Below, piece after piece: positions 20,334 through 31,915 of a DNA stretch of 64,000 nt. Source of the DNA: Ignisphaera sp. (GTDB lineage: Archaea; Thermoproteota; Thermoprotei_A; Sulfolobales; Ignisphaeraceae). Positions within the stretch are counted from its first letter, which is position 1, and every line of letters starts with the position of its first letter. A program made the position numbers and the translations under genes. Where the stretch lies: NCBI GenBank assembly GCA_038821645.1, contig JAWBDT010000006.1:1-64000 (forward strand). Reading direction: 5' to 3'. The notes below the pieces were generated by a model. It ran no database searches. It was given only the letters and a program-made list of their open reading frames with translations, and was not told where the DNA came from.

Positions 20334-21137
20334 GTGTACATGAACATAGGGATTATCGGTGTAGGAAGACTTGGTACAGCTCTAGTAAAAGGAATGATCC
20401 GTGGGGGTATAGATCCAGCTAGTGTGAATGTGTATGATCTATCTAAAGAGGCTTTGGATGGTGTGAGAACCTTAGGTGTAAATATATGTAGTAGTGCTGT
20501 AGATGTATATATGCGTTCTACTGTAATTATTGTTGCTGTTAAACCACAAGATGTTATAAATGTTATTAAAACATTTCCTCAAATAATTGATGAAAACAAG
20601 ATCGTTGTATCTGTGGCTGCCTTTGTTCCCATTAAGGTTTTAGAGAAACATCTGAAACACGTGAATGTGTATAGAGCTATGCCTAATATAGCTGTGGAAG
20701 TCAATAAAGGTTTCATAGCTTTAGCTCCTAGCGATAGAATAAACGATACTGTCGAGAAACTATTTAAAATTGTTGGTGATACTGTATGGGTTAGCGAGGA
20801 ACTATTGGATCTACTTACAATAGTTTCTGCATCTACGCCTGCAATAGTTGTTGAACTTATTGATGCATTTATACTAGCTGCACTAAAGGCTGGTGTACCC
20901 TATGATATCGCTAAGAGAGCCATATTATCGGTTTTTCAAGGCATTGGGAAACTTTGTGAATATAGAGACCTTAGCTCAGTTAGAGATTCCGTTATAACTC
21001 CTAGAGGAACCACCATAAGTCTTGTGGAGAAGATGTATATATATGAAGCAAAGAGTAGGTTAATGAAGGCGCTTATAGATTCTATTGAAGAATATCTAGA
21101 TAGGTTAAAGAAGTATAGAGAGAATATCGAAAATTGA
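20334..21137 (+). CDS. proC: Pyrroline-5-carboxylate reductase
   Basis: GIIGVGRLG, AVKP, RAMPN and VITPRGTT motifs. Confidence 0.92.
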   Translation: MYMNIGIIGVGRLGTALVKGMIRGGIDPASVNVYDLSKEALDGVRTLGVNICSSAVDVYMRSTVIIVAVKPQDVINVIKTFPQIIDENKIVVSVAAFVPIKVLEKHLKHVNVYRAMPNIAVEVNKGFIALAPSDRINDTVEKLFKIVGDTVWVSEELLDLLTIVSASTPAIVVELIDAFILAALKAGVPYDIAKRAILSVFQGIGKLCEYRDLSSVRDSVITPRGTTISLVEKMYIYEAKSRLMKALIDSIEEYLDRLKKYRENIEN

Positions 21138-21173
21138 TTAACTTTAGGGTCTAGAGAGTATACACTAGTTAGT

Positions 21174-22598
21174 ATGGTGGTTAAACTGATGAGTGAGATA
21201 GGGTATGAATTAGCTGAAGAGATTCTTAATGAAGTTCTTGGTAGAAGTGTTCAAGAAGCTATTGTTAGAATCCATGAGAAGGTTACTGAAGGTGTTGTAT
21301 TTGATAATGGGAAGTTAAAGGTTTGTTCATTTTCTAGGGTTAGTGGTATAGGGATAGCTGTATATATGGGAGGTTCTATAGGTTATGGATATACAACGAA
21401 ATTCGATAGAGAAAGTATTCTGAAAGCTGTAGATGAGGCAGTATCTTTTGCTAGAAATCTGTATAGAGAATCGCTAGAAATTTGTGAATTAAAGAGCATG
21501 ATTGCTAGAAAAGATGTGTATAGAGTTTCATGTAGTGTAAATCCATTGGATGTAGATATAGAACAAAAAGTATCTCTTGTAGAGAAAATGAATAAAGAGT
21601 CTCTAAATATAGAGGGTATAGTTTCTGCTATAACGAGATACGGTTTTGAAAGAGATAGAAGGATTACTGTATCTAGTTTTGGTGCTAAAGTTGATGTAGA
21701 GGTAGTAGCTGTAGGTATTTCTCATACTGTTGTAGCTAGACATAATGATACAGTTGAAAGACTCTCTGATCAAAAAACATTCATAGGCGGATATGAGTAT
21801 ATAGAGAAATACGATTGGTATAACTTCATTACCGAGATAAATAATCTTGCAGTAAAATCTGTACAAGCTCCTGCAGTAACACCTGGTGTATATACTGTTG
21901 TTATAGATAGTGACCTCATAGGGCTTCTTCTGCATGAAGCATTTGGACACGCTTCTGAAGGAGATATAGTCTATGCCGATATGTCTGTACTTAAGGATAG
22001 GATAGGCAAGGTAGTAGCAAACGAGAATGTATCTATAGTAGATGAAGGCGTTGTTCCAGGAGGATACCCTATTCCATACGATGATGAGGGTTTTGCAAAA
22101 GAAAAAACATATATAGTAAAAAACGGTATTCTTATCAACTACCTCCATAACATTTCAACAGCTAGGAAGCTAGGCTATACAACTACAGGCAATGCTAGAG
22201 CTCAAGATGTGTCATACTATCCACTAGTTAGACAAACAAATCTATACATGCTTCCTGGCAATGCAGATATAGAGGAGCTCTTTGAAGGCATAAAACACGG
22301 GATATACTTAAAAGGGAGAAGTGCTGGAGGAGGACAGGTTAATCCTAGTGTAGGTACATTTACATTTGGTGTAGGACCTTCATATATAATCAAGAATGGT
22401 GAGGTATCTGAACTTGTTAGAAATGCTATAGTTAGTGGAAACATTCTGGATGTTCTTAAGGATGTCGAGATGGTTGGTAAAGATCTAAAAATAGAGACTT
22501 CAATATTTGGTGGATGTGGTAAAAATGGTCAATTAGTTCATGTAGGTTTTGGAGGTCCACATATAAGGGTTAAGAAGCTAGTGGTAGGAGCAAGATGA
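21174..22598 (+). CDS. tldD: TldD family metalloprotease
   Basis: HEAFGH zinc motif, DDEG, GNAR and GCGK-GQ. Confidence 0.92.
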   Translation: MVVKLMSEIGYELAEEILNEVLGRSVQEAIVRIHEKVTEGVVFDNGKLKVCSFSRVSGIGIAVYMGGSIGYGYTTKFDRESILKAVDEAVSFARNLYRESLEICELKSMIARKDVYRVSCSVNPLDVDIEQKVSLVEKMNKESLNIEGIVSAITRYGFERDRRITVSSFGAKVDVEVVAVGISHTVVARHNDTVERLSDQKTFIGGYEYIEKYDWYNFITEINNLAVKSVQAPAVTPGVYTVVIDSDLIGLLLHEAFGHASEGDIVYADMSVLKDRIGKVVANENVSIVDEGVVPGGYPIPYDDEGFAKEKTYIVKNGILINYLHNISTARKLGYTTTGNARAQDVSYYPLVRQTNLYMLPGNADIEELFEGIKHGIYLKGRSAGGGQVNPSVGTFTFGVGPSYIIKNGEVSELVRNAIVSGNILDVLKDVEMVGKDLKIETSIFGGCGKNGQLVHVGFGGPHIRVKKLVVGAR

Positions 22599-23944
22599 TC
22601 GATGTAGAGAGAATTATTGAGAAAGGTATAAGAAAAGCAGAAGAACTTGGAGCAACTGAAGTAGAGATATATGTTGTTGATGAATATTCTACAGCTCTTT
22701 CAACAACAATGAAGGGTTTTGAGGGCATCCGGAGAGGTAGCACTTTGACAGCTGATGTAAGGGTGGCTATAGGCAAAAAGGTTACAGTCCAAGGAGCTAT
22801 CATATCTACTGAAAATGATCTAGATAACTTGATCGAGAAAGCTATATCCATAGCAAAGATAGTGCCTGAAGATCCTCAATGGGTTTCTTTACCAAGAGAC
22901 TATGGATATACACATGTATGTGATATAGTTGATGAAAGAATTAGAGACATGGATGAAACCAGCTCAATAGAGCTATTGAGGAGAGCTATAGAGTTACCTA
23001 AAGAGATAGATGTGAGAGTATATACAACTTTAGCTGAGGTTGAATTATCGTATATACGTAAATGGATAGGTAATAGTTATGAGAAACCTTTATCTTATGA
23101 CAAAACATCGTTTTATTTCGCAATAGATGTGAAGGCTGTAGAAAACGGTTATGAGAGTTCTTACCATAGCTACTATCTAGCTCCAACATTAAGAGAATTC
23201 GATATGAATGAGCTTATAAAGAATGCTGTAGAAGTAGCAGTATTAACCATTAGGTCAAAACCTATAGATACTGGTAGCTATAATGTTATCTTTATGCCTC
23301 AAGTGCTGGCTTCAATTCTTAGGACACTTATAGCACCAGCCTTAAGAGCAGACCAGGTTCAAAAGAATAGATCACCACTAATCAAGAAGTTGTTTAGCCA
23401 AGTTCTATCAGAAGAGATAACTATTATAGATGATGGAGTTGCACCAAATATGATACGTTCTGCACCATTTGATGATGAAGGTGTGGCAATGAAGAGGAAG
23501 ACCGTTGTTGATAAAGGTGTGCTACTAACGTATCTATACGACACCTATACAGCTTACATAGATAACCAGGAATCTACAGGAAATGCTGTTAGACATGGAC
23601 TAGCATCACCACCTGTACCAGATATAACAAACATTATACTCCTCCCAGGTACCTCATCAATAGAAAACATCGTTAATGATCTCAAAGAAGCTATAGTTGT
23701 ATATGCTACAATAGGTGAATGGCTCTCTAATCCTGTAAACGGTAATCTAGGTGCAACAGTAGTGAATGCAGTGTATTTCAAAAATGGTACACCATTGCAT
23801 GGAGTTAAAGGTGTAACAATCTCTGGAAACATATATAACCTTCTCGATAGAGACCTTGTGGCGGTTTCAAGAGACATAGAGCTTGTTGGAAACATGCTGG
23901 TGCCTGCTATATGCTCTAAAAATGTAGCTATAGCCGGTAAGTAG
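22595..23944 (+). CDS. pmbA: TldE/PmbA family protein
   Basis: PFDDEG and STGNA; lacks HExxH; coupled to tldD by ATGA overlap. Confidence 0.88.
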   Translation: MIDVERIIEKGIRKAEELGATEVEIYVVDEYSTALSTTMKGFEGIRRGSTLTADVRVAIGKKVTVQGAIISTENDLDNLIEKAISIAKIVPEDPQWVSLPRDYGYTHVCDIVDERIRDMDETSSIELLRRAIELPKEIDVRVYTTLAEVELSYIRKWIGNSYEKPLSYDKTSFYFAIDVKAVENGYESSYHSYYLAPTLREFDMNELIKNAVEVAVLTIRSKPIDTGSYNVIFMPQVLASILRTLIAPALRADQVQKNRSPLIKKLFSQVLSEEITIIDDGVAPNMIRSAPFDDEGVAMKRKTVVDKGVLLTYLYDTYTAYIDNQESTGNAVRHGLASPPVPDITNIILLPGTSSIENIVNDLKEAIVVYATIGEWLSNPVNGNLGATVVNAVYFKNGTPLHGVKGVTISGNIYNLLDRDLVAVSRDIELVGNMLVPAICSKNVAIAGK

Positions 23945-23947
23945 CAA

Positions 23948-25018
23948 TTACGTTAGAACTTTTTGAAGAACATTCCTCTCTATAGCCATTCTCAACTCTC
24001 TTGAAATTCTTCTACCTGTACTCATAGGTTCATTCCAATAGAGATACGAGTAGGGGCTACCATCTATGTAGAGATTGGTGCCAGCCACTATTCTACCTGA
24101 GAATTCGAACACCTTTATATTCATATCTCTATCTATAATACTCTCGAGGCAGAAAGGTCCTACAATACCCGAAGGTACAGAACTTTTAGCAGCTTCAACA
24201 AATTTTATTCCATATTCAAGCACCTTTGGTAAGAGGCTTTCTCTAAGTACAAGAGGTATATTACCTACTACAGTAAACGTTGGCTCTAGATCTATATGTA
24301 TCGATATGTTTGGAGGTATCCTCTTGATACCATCTATATCTGATTCGTATCTTATATCAGCTCCTAGAATCTCAACACGATCTAGTATAGGGCTATAGAA
24401 GTAGTGGTAATAAGCTGTTACTCCAACAATGTATTCCTGGATTATAATCTCATCAAGATTCTTCACAATTCCTTTCTTCATGTACTCATTAATTTTTTCA
24501 ATTATTTTATCTTTAGACATGGCTATAAAGTATCCTTTACCACCTTTAGCACCTGGAAGCTTAACTATGACTGGTTTCGTTATTTCATCCTCTAGATTAA
24601 ATGTTTCTGGAATAGGTATACCTGCTTTCTTAAGTAAAGCCATTTTTTTGTGTTGATCAGCTTCAATTGAAAACAGATATCTAGAGCCGAATATAGGAAT
24701 AGGGATGTTTTCTGCACACTTTAAACCTACATACTCGACATAACTTCCATGAGGAATCAAAACACTATTCCTACTTCTGAGTTGAAGAACGACTTCATCA
24801 TTACAGAGATCTCTCCAACTCTCAACAACAATAATGTGGTCAATAAGATGCTTAAAGTTGTTGTAGAACCATAGTCTATCTTTAGTACATATTAAAACAG
24901 TCGAGAACTTCTCTAGCTTGGCTCCATGAAGAATCTGTAGAGATGAATGACTTGCTAAAGTAGCTACAGATATCTTTTCTGGATCGTATTCAGCGATGAC
25001 TCTATCTATATCCATCAT
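23948..25018 (-). CDS. purP: PurP-family ATP-grasp formate-phosphoribosylaminoimidazolecarboxamide ligase
   Basis: ASHSSLQI, PHGS, GGKGYF, GPFCLE and RIVAGTN motifs. Confidence 0.88.
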   Translation of the reverse strand: MMDIDRVIAEYDPEKISVATLASHSSLQILHGAKLEKFSTVLICTKDRLWFYNNFKHLIDHIIVVESWRDLCNDEVVLQLRSRNSVLIPHGSYVEYVGLKCAENIPIPIFGSRYLFSIEADQHKKMALLKKAGIPIPETFNLEDEITKPVIVKLPGAKGGKGYFIAMSKDKIIEKINEYMKKGIVKNLDEIIIQEYIVGVTAYYHYFYSPILDRVEILGADIRYESDIDGIKRIPPNISIHIDLEPTFTVVGNIPLVLRESLLPKVLEYGIKFVEAAKSSVPSGIVGPFCLESIIDRDMNIKVFEFSGRIVAGTNLYIDGSPYSYLYWNEPMSTGRRISRELRMAIERNVLQKVLT

Positions 25019-25024
25019 CGTTTT

Positions 25025-26380
25025 TCACAATGTACATACAGATTCTATAACAGACTTTGCGTAATTTAGTGTTCGTTCAATAAGCTCTCTATAGTTACCC
25101 AGATAGTTTCTATAATCAAGAATCTCTCTAAGCTCTTCTTGTGAGAAGTATTTAGCTATTTCTGTATCGTTGATTAGCTGATCTAGAAGAGATCCATTAG
25201 AAGAAATACTTCTTGTAATTTCCTGAAGTTTTTTATGGGCTATATGTCTAGGCATACCTTTTTCTACAAGTTTGATCATAACGGCTTCAGCCATTATAGC
25301 TCCTCTACTTAACTCTAGGTTCTTCTTCATAGCGTTTTCATCAACATATATAGTGTTGAGTAGCTTCTCCATATCAAGAAGCATCTGATCTACAACTAGA
25401 AACATATGTGGTATTAGAATTCTCTCACTACTACTATTTGTGAGATCTCTTTCGTGCATAAGAGGTATATTCTCTAGAGCGGTTAAGACAAGAGCTCTAG
25501 CTATCTTAGCTAATCCCGATATTCTTTCAGCTGTGATAGGATTTCTTTTATGCGGCATCGTACTACTTCCCACCCTCGTAACCGCTTCATATACCTCACC
25601 TATCTCTGGTCTCGAAAGTTCTCTTACCTCAAGAGCAAATCTATCCAATTGACTAGCTAGTATTGCTAGATTTGATATAATTTCAGCAAAACCATCTCTA
25701 GGAGCTACCTGTGTAGAAATTATGTGGGGCTCGAGACGTAGATACTCTAGGGTATACTTCTCGACCTCGAGTCCCTTTCCACTCCATGCAGCCATCGTTC
25801 CAACAGCTCCACTAATCTTGCCCTTAACAACTCTTTTACTAGATTCACATAACCTCTCGTAGCTTCTAGTGAATTCATATACATAGTTCGCCATCTTGAA
25901 TCCAAATGTCATCGGTATCGCATGCTGTCCATGTGTTCGTCCAACCATGACTGTATCTCTATACTTTTCAACTAGATCTATAACCATGTATATGATTTTC
26001 TTCAATCTATTCATAATAATGTTTAGAGCCTCCCTTAATATCAAGGCCCAAGAAGTATCCACAACATCGTATGATGTGGCTCCAAGATGTATATATCTAC
26101 CACATTCACCACATCTTTCACCCAATATATAAGCAAGAGATGCGACATCATGGCCTAGATCTTTTTCCCGTGAATACATTTCAGAAGCTTTCACATTCTC
26201 AGAACACTTTTCAATAACATCTACACATTCTCTAGGTACTAAACCAGCCTTAGATAGACCAACTATAAGAGCTTTTTCAACAAGTATATAGTATTTAACT
26301 ATTGATTCTGCTCTAAATAATTCCCTCATCTCTTCTGATCCATATCTCCACTCCAAGGTGCACATAAAGTCTAGAGACAT
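25025..26380 (-). CDS. purB: Adenylosuccinate lyase
   Basis: HLGATS, GRTHGQHA and GSSTMPHKRNP motifs. Confidence 0.95.
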   Translation of the reverse strand: MSLDFMCTLEWRYGSEEMRELFRAESIVKYYILVEKALIVGLSKAGLVPRECVDVIEKCSENVKASEMYSREKDLGHDVASLAYILGERCGECGRYIHLGATSYDVVDTSWALILREALNIIMNRLKKIIYMVIDLVEKYRDTVMVGRTHGQHAIPMTFGFKMANYVYEFTRSYERLCESSKRVVKGKISGAVGTMAAWSGKGLEVEKYTLEYLRLEPHIISTQVAPRDGFAEIISNLAILASQLDRFALEVRELSRPEIGEVYEAVTRVGSSTMPHKRNPITAERISGLAKIARALVLTALENIPLMHERDLTNSSSERILIPHMFLVVDQMLLDMEKLLNTIYVDENAMKKNLELSRGAIMAEAVMIKLVEKGMPRHIAHKKLQEITRSISSNGSLLDQLINDTEIAKYFSQEELREILDYRNYLGNYRELIERTLNYAKSVIESVCTL

Positions 26381-26392
26381 AGAATCCCCCTA

Positions 26393-27517
26393 TCATGTAA
26401 TTATTTCTTCAATACAATTCATATATATACAGTCCTTTATCTCCATAGCTATGCGTCTACCCATACTTATCGGCTTACCGAAATAGAGCTTACTATACTG
26501 ACTACCTATACCCATGTACACATTCGTACCACCACCTATCCTTAGAGCCACATCGAAAACAACTACATCCATATCAGGTGTAACAAAGAGTTGTAATGTG
26601 AATGGTCCTATTACACCAGGAGGCTCTATTCTTTCTACAGCTTCAACAAATCTATCGCCTATCATGAAGAGTTTCTCAAGCATACTTTCTCTAATTGTTG
26701 CCATCTCGTGACCTATCTCTATCATCTCTATATCTATGTACTCCTTCAGCTCAAGCTGAATTTCTGCCGGTAACTTGAGGAATCCATCAACATTGGTTTG
26801 AAGCCTTCTATCAATACTTATCAACTCTGTATCTCTTCTAGCAATACTTCTAAAGTAGTTAACATTGAAGTGTGCTCCTATAACAAGTTCCTCTATAGAG
26901 GCTTTATCGAGATCTTTTTCGTTAATGATACCATCAGCAACGAGTTTTCGGAACTTCTTCCAAAAATCATCTTTATCAACAGCTACAAAAAAGCCTCTCT
27001 CAACCCTCTTTTTGGCGTGAGGCATCTTAACCATGACTGGTCTATCTATTTCATTTGGTTCGTTAAAGGTTTTAGGTCTCCTTATACCAGCTACATCTAG
27101 TAGTCTGTAGTATGTTTTTTCACCTACTCTTTCCTCATATCTAAGGAGGTACCTATTCCCAAATATAGGGATATTGAACCGTTTTTCAATGTTTTCATAA
27201 CCTACATATACTGAGAAGCTTCTGTTGGGTACAAATATAGAGTTGTAGAGTCTGAGAGTAGATACAACATTTTCATTAACTATATCTGCAAACCTATCGA
27301 GAATTATAGGATGATCCACAATTCTTCTGAATCTAAGATAAGGTGTCTCTCTACCTTTCTGACAAATAGCTATAGTTCTGAAGCCCTCATCTTTAGCACC
27401 ATCAAATAGGTCAAGAGCTGAATGACTCGCTATCGTCGATATGCTTAGATGGTCTACATCTAGGCTGTAACCCTCTAACAGTTCCTTGGGATTAAACCTC
27501 TTATCCAAATATCTCAA
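26393..27517 (-). CDS. Second PurP-family paralogue
   Basis: ASHSALD, PNRSF, ERGFF, GPFTLQ and RIGGGT motifs. Confidence 0.85.
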   Translation of the reverse strand: MRYLDKRFNPKELLEGYSLDVDHLSISTIASHSALDLFDGAKDEGFRTIAICQKGRETPYLRFRRIVDHPIILDRFADIVNENVVSTLRLYNSIFVPNRSFSVYVGYENIEKRFNIPIFGNRYLLRYEERVGEKTYYRLLDVAGIRRPKTFNEPNEIDRPVMVKMPHAKKRVERGFFVAVDKDDFWKKFRKLVADGIINEKDLDKASIEELVIGAHFNVNYFRSIARRDTELISIDRRLQTNVDGFLKLPAEIQLELKEYIDIEMIEIGHEMATIRESMLEKLFMIGDRFVEAVERIEPPGVIGPFTLQLFVTPDMDVVVFDVALRIGGGTNVYMGIGSQYSKLYFGKPISMGRRIAMEIKDCIYMNCIEEIIT

Positions 27518-27632
27518 CCGGATTAATCATAGTTAGTCTCAATATATAAGGCTTTTGAAAATACTGTACGTATTAAATAAAGATAGTAATAGAACAATAT
27601 ATACATGTTTATTTAAATCTAGGATTGTCTAC

Positions 27633-28571
27633 CTAGTCTATGGCTACCGATGTGATCCAATGCATGTATCTCTCGATCTTACCTAACGCCACTTCTCTAT
27701 AGAGGTCCATCAACTTTTTAGTAACTTCACCTACATTACCATTTCCTATAGTTCTACCATCTATCTCTATAATGGGTGTTATTTCTGCAGCCGTACCTGT
27801 GAAGAAAACTTCATCACTAGTGTATAGTTCTGCACGCCTAATTCTTCTCTCTTTAACCTTTATACCTAATACTTCTTTTGCTAGAGTAATAACAGTATCT
27901 CTGGTTATTCCCTCTAGAATACTGCTATAAACAGGAGGTGTTATTAATTCACCGTTCTTAACTATAAATATGTTTTCGCCAGAACCTTCAGCTACATAGC
28001 CTTCGCTATCAAGCAGTATAGCTTCATCATAACCATTTATATGGGCTTCTAAAGCCGTTAAATGGTAAAGCAGGTAAATACCTGTTGCTTTAGCTTCAAC
28101 AGGTATTGAATCTGGTGCTGGTTTTCTCCATGACGATATCATACACCTTATTCCATTAGGTTTAAGGTATTTACCAAATTCTACAGATATTATAGCTACA
28201 TCCACAGGATTCTGAGCTCTTAAACCAAAACTTCCTAATCCTCTAAAGGCTATAGGTCTTATGTATATATCGTTTCTAAACTTATTTGCTTTCACAAGCT
28301 CTATAGTTGCATCTATAAGCCTCTTCATAGGATACGGAATATCCATATAAATGATTTTTGCTGATCTATATAATCTCGCTATATGATCTTCTAACCTGAA
28401 TATCTTGATAAACCCGTTATAGTAATAACCCCTTATACCCTCGAAAACGCCAGTACCATAGTGAAGAGCGTGTGAAAACACATGGACTTTAGCTTCATCC
28501 CATTTAACTATAGATCCGTTGAGCCATACATAAGGAGGCCATTTAATAGGTATACCACTTTCTTTAGACAT
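27633..28571 (-). CDS. ilvE: Branched-chain amino acid aminotransferase
   Basis: LHYGTGVFEG, EGSGENIF, LEGITR and GTAAE motifs. Confidence 0.95.
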   Translation of the reverse strand: MSKESGIPIKWPPYVWLNGSIVKWDEAKVHVFSHALHYGTGVFEGIRGYYYNGFIKIFRLEDHIARLYRSAKIIYMDIPYPMKRLIDATIELVKANKFRNDIYIRPIAFRGLGSFGLRAQNPVDVAIISVEFGKYLKPNGIRCMISSWRKPAPDSIPVEAKATGIYLLYHLTALEAHINGYDEAILLDSEGYVAEGSGENIFIVKNGELITPPVYSSILEGITRDTVITLAKEVLGIKVKERRIRRAELYTSDEVFFTGTAAEITPIIEIDGRTIGNGNVGEVTKKLMDLYREVALGKIERYMHWITSVAID

Positions 28572-28943
28572 AAATTCAAGCCTCTTTGATTTAGCTATCT
28601 AGTAACTCCGGTTAAGGGTAGATATAATAAGTTTATATCAGTATAACTAGCTGATACATGTTTATACATATAAATTACACTAACAATTATATAATCGTTG
28701 GCTATTACAAGGATTACCAATAATCTATCCTAATTTGCTCATAGATATTTTGCTTATTAGCAAGTAGATATGAGAATAGATACAATTCAGTAGAGATTTC
28801 GCTACACATAAGTTAATTACCTGAATATTAATCAGATATACAATAGGATAGCGTAGTAGAAATAGATTCATTACGATTGAAGGATTTATAGTATAGCTTA
28901 AAGATAAAGAGATCGCTAATGGTTATATACCTAAACACGTAGA

Positions 28944-29891
28944 TTGTATGGAGAGGTAAGGCTTATGGATCTAGATGACTTGACTAATAAAGCTATCAAG
29001 TCATGCAGTAACTACGATGAGTATAGAGATATATTAGAGAAGTTTAAGAATCAACTAGAATTTGAATATAATATGATGGACAAGAAAATGGTTATTGTCT
29101 CAAACAGCATCAATAAAGCTATATTCTTTGGAGATATACATGGGGATCTATACACACTCTACTTATTGATTAAAGAAACAAGATTACTAGAGCTCTTAAG
29201 GAATGGATGGTATGTCATATTCCTTGGAGATTATATAGATCGAGGTGAAAACCAATTAGAGGTGCTTGCATTCATAGCTCTACTTAAGAATGAGTATCCC
29301 AGTAGAGTCATAACTTTGCGAGGAAACCATGAACCTATGCCTCATCTTGTTCCACACCCCCATGACTACATACATCATCTCGTGCATAGGTTTGGGAGAG
29401 CTAATGGACTAGAGCTCTATGAACTTAGTAAAGAATTATTCAACTATATGCCACTAGCTCTATACATATATGGAAAACTATTTGTCGTTCATGGTGGTCC
29501 TCCCATTAAGCGTGTACAGAAATTTGAGGATCCTCGTGAGATACTTTCTGTTGAGAACGATATAGAAGCTATAGAAGATATGTTGTGGAGTGATCCTATT
29601 GAGAACGATATAGAATACGTAGATAGTTATAGAGGAGCAGGTAAGTTATGGGGTATATCGATAACGAAACAAACATTAAGGAAACTCAACATAAAGCTCA
29701 TTGTGAGAGGACATGAACCTGTTAATGGGTATCGTTTTAGCCATAACGGTAAGGTGCTAACATTATTCAGTATGAAGGGCCACTATGGTAATAGTTATGC
29801 TTCATGCCTAAAGCTTCATCTAGATAATCTAGATGAAGATGATGATGAATCACTTGAAAATGTCATTAAAAACAACATCATCTCCGTATAA
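28944..29891 (+). CDS. PPP-family (PP1/PP2A-like) Ser/Thr protein phosphatase
   Basis: GDIHG, GDYIDRG, LRGNHE, HGG, WSDP and RGHE motifs. Confidence 0.92.
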   Translation: MYGEVRLMDLDDLTNKAIKSCSNYDEYRDILEKFKNQLEFEYNMMDKKMVIVSNSINKAIFFGDIHGDLYTLYLLIKETRLLELLRNGWYVIFLGDYIDRGENQLEVLAFIALLKNEYPSRVITLRGNHEPMPHLVPHPHDYIHHLVHRFGRANGLELYELSKELFNYMPLALYIYGKLFVVHGGPPIKRVQKFEDPREILSVENDIEAIEDMLWSDPIENDIEYVDSYRGAGKLWGISITKQTLRKLNIKLIVRGHEPVNGYRFSHNGKVLTLFSMKGHYGNSYASCLKLHLDNLDEDDDESLENVIKNNIISV

Positions 29892-30888
29892 CCACCATAT
29901 AATCATTTTCATCACCTAGATAAAGCCTATGATAAATTCTTCCATTGATAGTCTCTACAAGTTCTATTGTTCCATATGCTTCAACAATATCATCTTCAGT
30001 AGCAATCTCGCTGAATCGTCCTCTTAAGCTATACACCTCAGTAACATTATCTACTTTCACACCATAAGCATGTTCAACAATCTCTACTCTATATCTACAT
30101 GGTGTATATATGGAGTCCTTAGAGTCTACAATTCTGAGTTTAAGAAGAGCTTTACCTAACTTTTTGCATCTATAGGTGCTGTATTGAGGTTCTTCCCACG
30201 GATATTTAACTAACCTTATGAAGTACTCTCTATTCTTGAAAAATCCTTCAAGTAGCCTTCTAGATTCTTGATAAAGCATCTGATCGAAAGTTATAGGAGT
30301 CTCTATAGCTCTTCTTAAGTAAAGTTGTTTAAGAGTTTCTTTAGTGTATCTACGGTATCTATGGTCTCTATCTACAACTTCTTTAAGATAGCTATAGACT
30401 CTAAATCCATTATTCCTGCCATAGACAACAATGTCTATATCAGAATCAGCCTTATGTAGCTCTACAAGAACAGAGCCAGAAACACCGATGGCTTTAACTC
30501 CTGTAGAATCAATTATGTCTACCACCATATCCTTTACATCAGTTAATGTTGCATCTGATGTAGATAACTCTATGAGTTCTTCAGCTTTCTTCACAGGATT
30601 ATATACCTTGGCTATATCTGTAGTAGGTACCAAGACAATACTTCTACAGAAAAATTCATCATACTTAATATATTTGGTGTACATAGATGTAGCATAGTTG
30701 TATTCTTCATTTATACTCGGTATCTTTTTGTATCTTACACCACTTCTGTCAACTCTATCACCATTAGCATCAACAATATACTTAGGAAAAGAAACAACGT
30801 TACCTAATGGATGTGTAACTCCTTTTACGTAGAATATATCTCCTCCTCTGAGTTTAAAGAAGAATCCCTCAATAATACCTATGTCCAA
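29878..30888 (-). CDS. Archaeal Pol-beta-type nucleotidyltransferase domain protein
   Basis: GVSGS...SDIDIVVYG motif. Confidence 0.8.
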   Translation of the reverse strand: MDIGIIEGFFFKLRGGDIFYVKGVTHPLGNVVSFPKYIVDANGDRVDRSGVRYKKIPSINEEYNYATSMYTKYIKYDEFFCRSIVLVPTTDIAKVYNPVKKAEELIELSTSDATLTDVKDMVVDIIDSTGVKAIGVSGSVLVELHKADSDIDIVVYGRNNGFRVYSYLKEVVDRDHRYRRYTKETLKQLYLRRAIETPITFDQMLYQESRRLLEGFFKNREYFIRLVKYPWEEPQYSTYRCKKLGKALLKLRIVDSKDSIYTPCRYRVEIVEHAYGVKVDNVTEVYSLRGRFSEIATEDDIVEAYGTIELVETINGRIYHRLYLGDENDYMVVIRR

Positions 30889-30981
30889 CCTTTACCACTC
30901 TACAAATAAATGTATATTTTATTTGATTGTAATAAGCTTTAATATTAGTTCACATGACATGAAGTTTATTGGGATGCTAAA

Positions 30982-31860
30982 ATGTTTAGATACTCATTTG
31001 AGCAAAAGATATTTGAAATAAAGGGTTTAAAGATAGGGGGACAACCGGGGGAGAATCCACCTATACTAATAGGATCTATATTCTATCATAAACATAAAAT
31101 TGTTGAAGACGAGAAAAAGGGGATATTCAATAAATCAGAAGCTGAAGCTCTTATAAAGAAGGTAGAGGAGTTATCAGATAAAACCAAGATACCGTATATG
31201 TTCGACGTAGTTGGAAGTACTGCTGAAGCTATAGTTAAGTATATAGATTTTGTTGCAACTGTAACACAAGCCCCAATACTAGTTGATGCTTTAAGCGATA
31301 TAGCTGTAGCTACAGCTGCACTAAAACATGTTAAAGAAGTTGGTCTAACTGATAGAGCTATATATAACTCTTTAACGGCTAAATCAAAAGATGAAGAATA
31401 CAAAATTATTCAAGAAAATGGTATTGATAAAGCTGTACTACTGCTCTATACAGATAAAGTCCTAGATGTTGAAGCAAGGCTGAAGAGCCTTGAAATAATG
31501 CTTGAGAAAACCAAAATCTATGGTATTAGCAAACTTCTTGTAGATACTTTTGTCATAGATATACCTACTCTATCAATAGCTATGAAAACAGGCATAGAGG
31601 TTAAGAGAAGATATGGACTACCTTTTGGATGTGGTGCACATAATGCTATATCGGCGCAGAGAAAATCATTTAAAGAGAGATTCGGTAGTGAAGGAGTTAA
31701 GGTGTGTGAGCTTGCATCTAATCTTGCAACAATTGTTGTAGGAGCAGACTTCCTACTCTATGGACCTATCGAAGCAGCTCTCGATATCTTTCCATCAGTC
31801 TACACCATATATACTTCCTATAGATATCTAAAGCGAATGAATCAAACAATACAGATATAG
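30982..31860 (+). CDS. MtrH-like pterin methyltransferase, stand-alone
   Basis: IGGQPGENP..IGSIFY, YNSL, GCGAHN and GADFLLYGPIE signatures. Confidence 0.88.
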   Translation: MFRYSFEQKIFEIKGLKIGGQPGENPPILIGSIFYHKHKIVEDEKKGIFNKSEAEALIKKVEELSDKTKIPYMFDVVGSTAEAIVKYIDFVATVTQAPILVDALSDIAVATAALKHVKEVGLTDRAIYNSLTAKSKDEEYKIIQENGIDKAVLLLYTDKVLDVEARLKSLEIMLEKTKIYGISKLLVDTFVIDIPTLSIAMKTGIEVKRRYGLPFGCGAHNAISAQRKSFKERFGSEGVKVCELASNLATIVVGADFLLYGPIEAALDIFPSVYTIYTSYRYLKRMNQTIQI

Positions 31861-31915
31861 ACTGTTTTCCAATCTGCAGATCGTTCTCTCTAGCCAAATA
31901 AATGATTAATGGACT

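Noticed and set aside
23948-27517. Two purP paralogues flanking purB
   Set aside because: Paired PurP-family paralogues are well known in archaea.
28944-29891. PP2A-like phosphatase and the kinase at 257 as archaellum regulators
   Set aside because: Plausible by analogy with Sulfolobus, but each is about 10 kb from the cluster with unrelated genes between.
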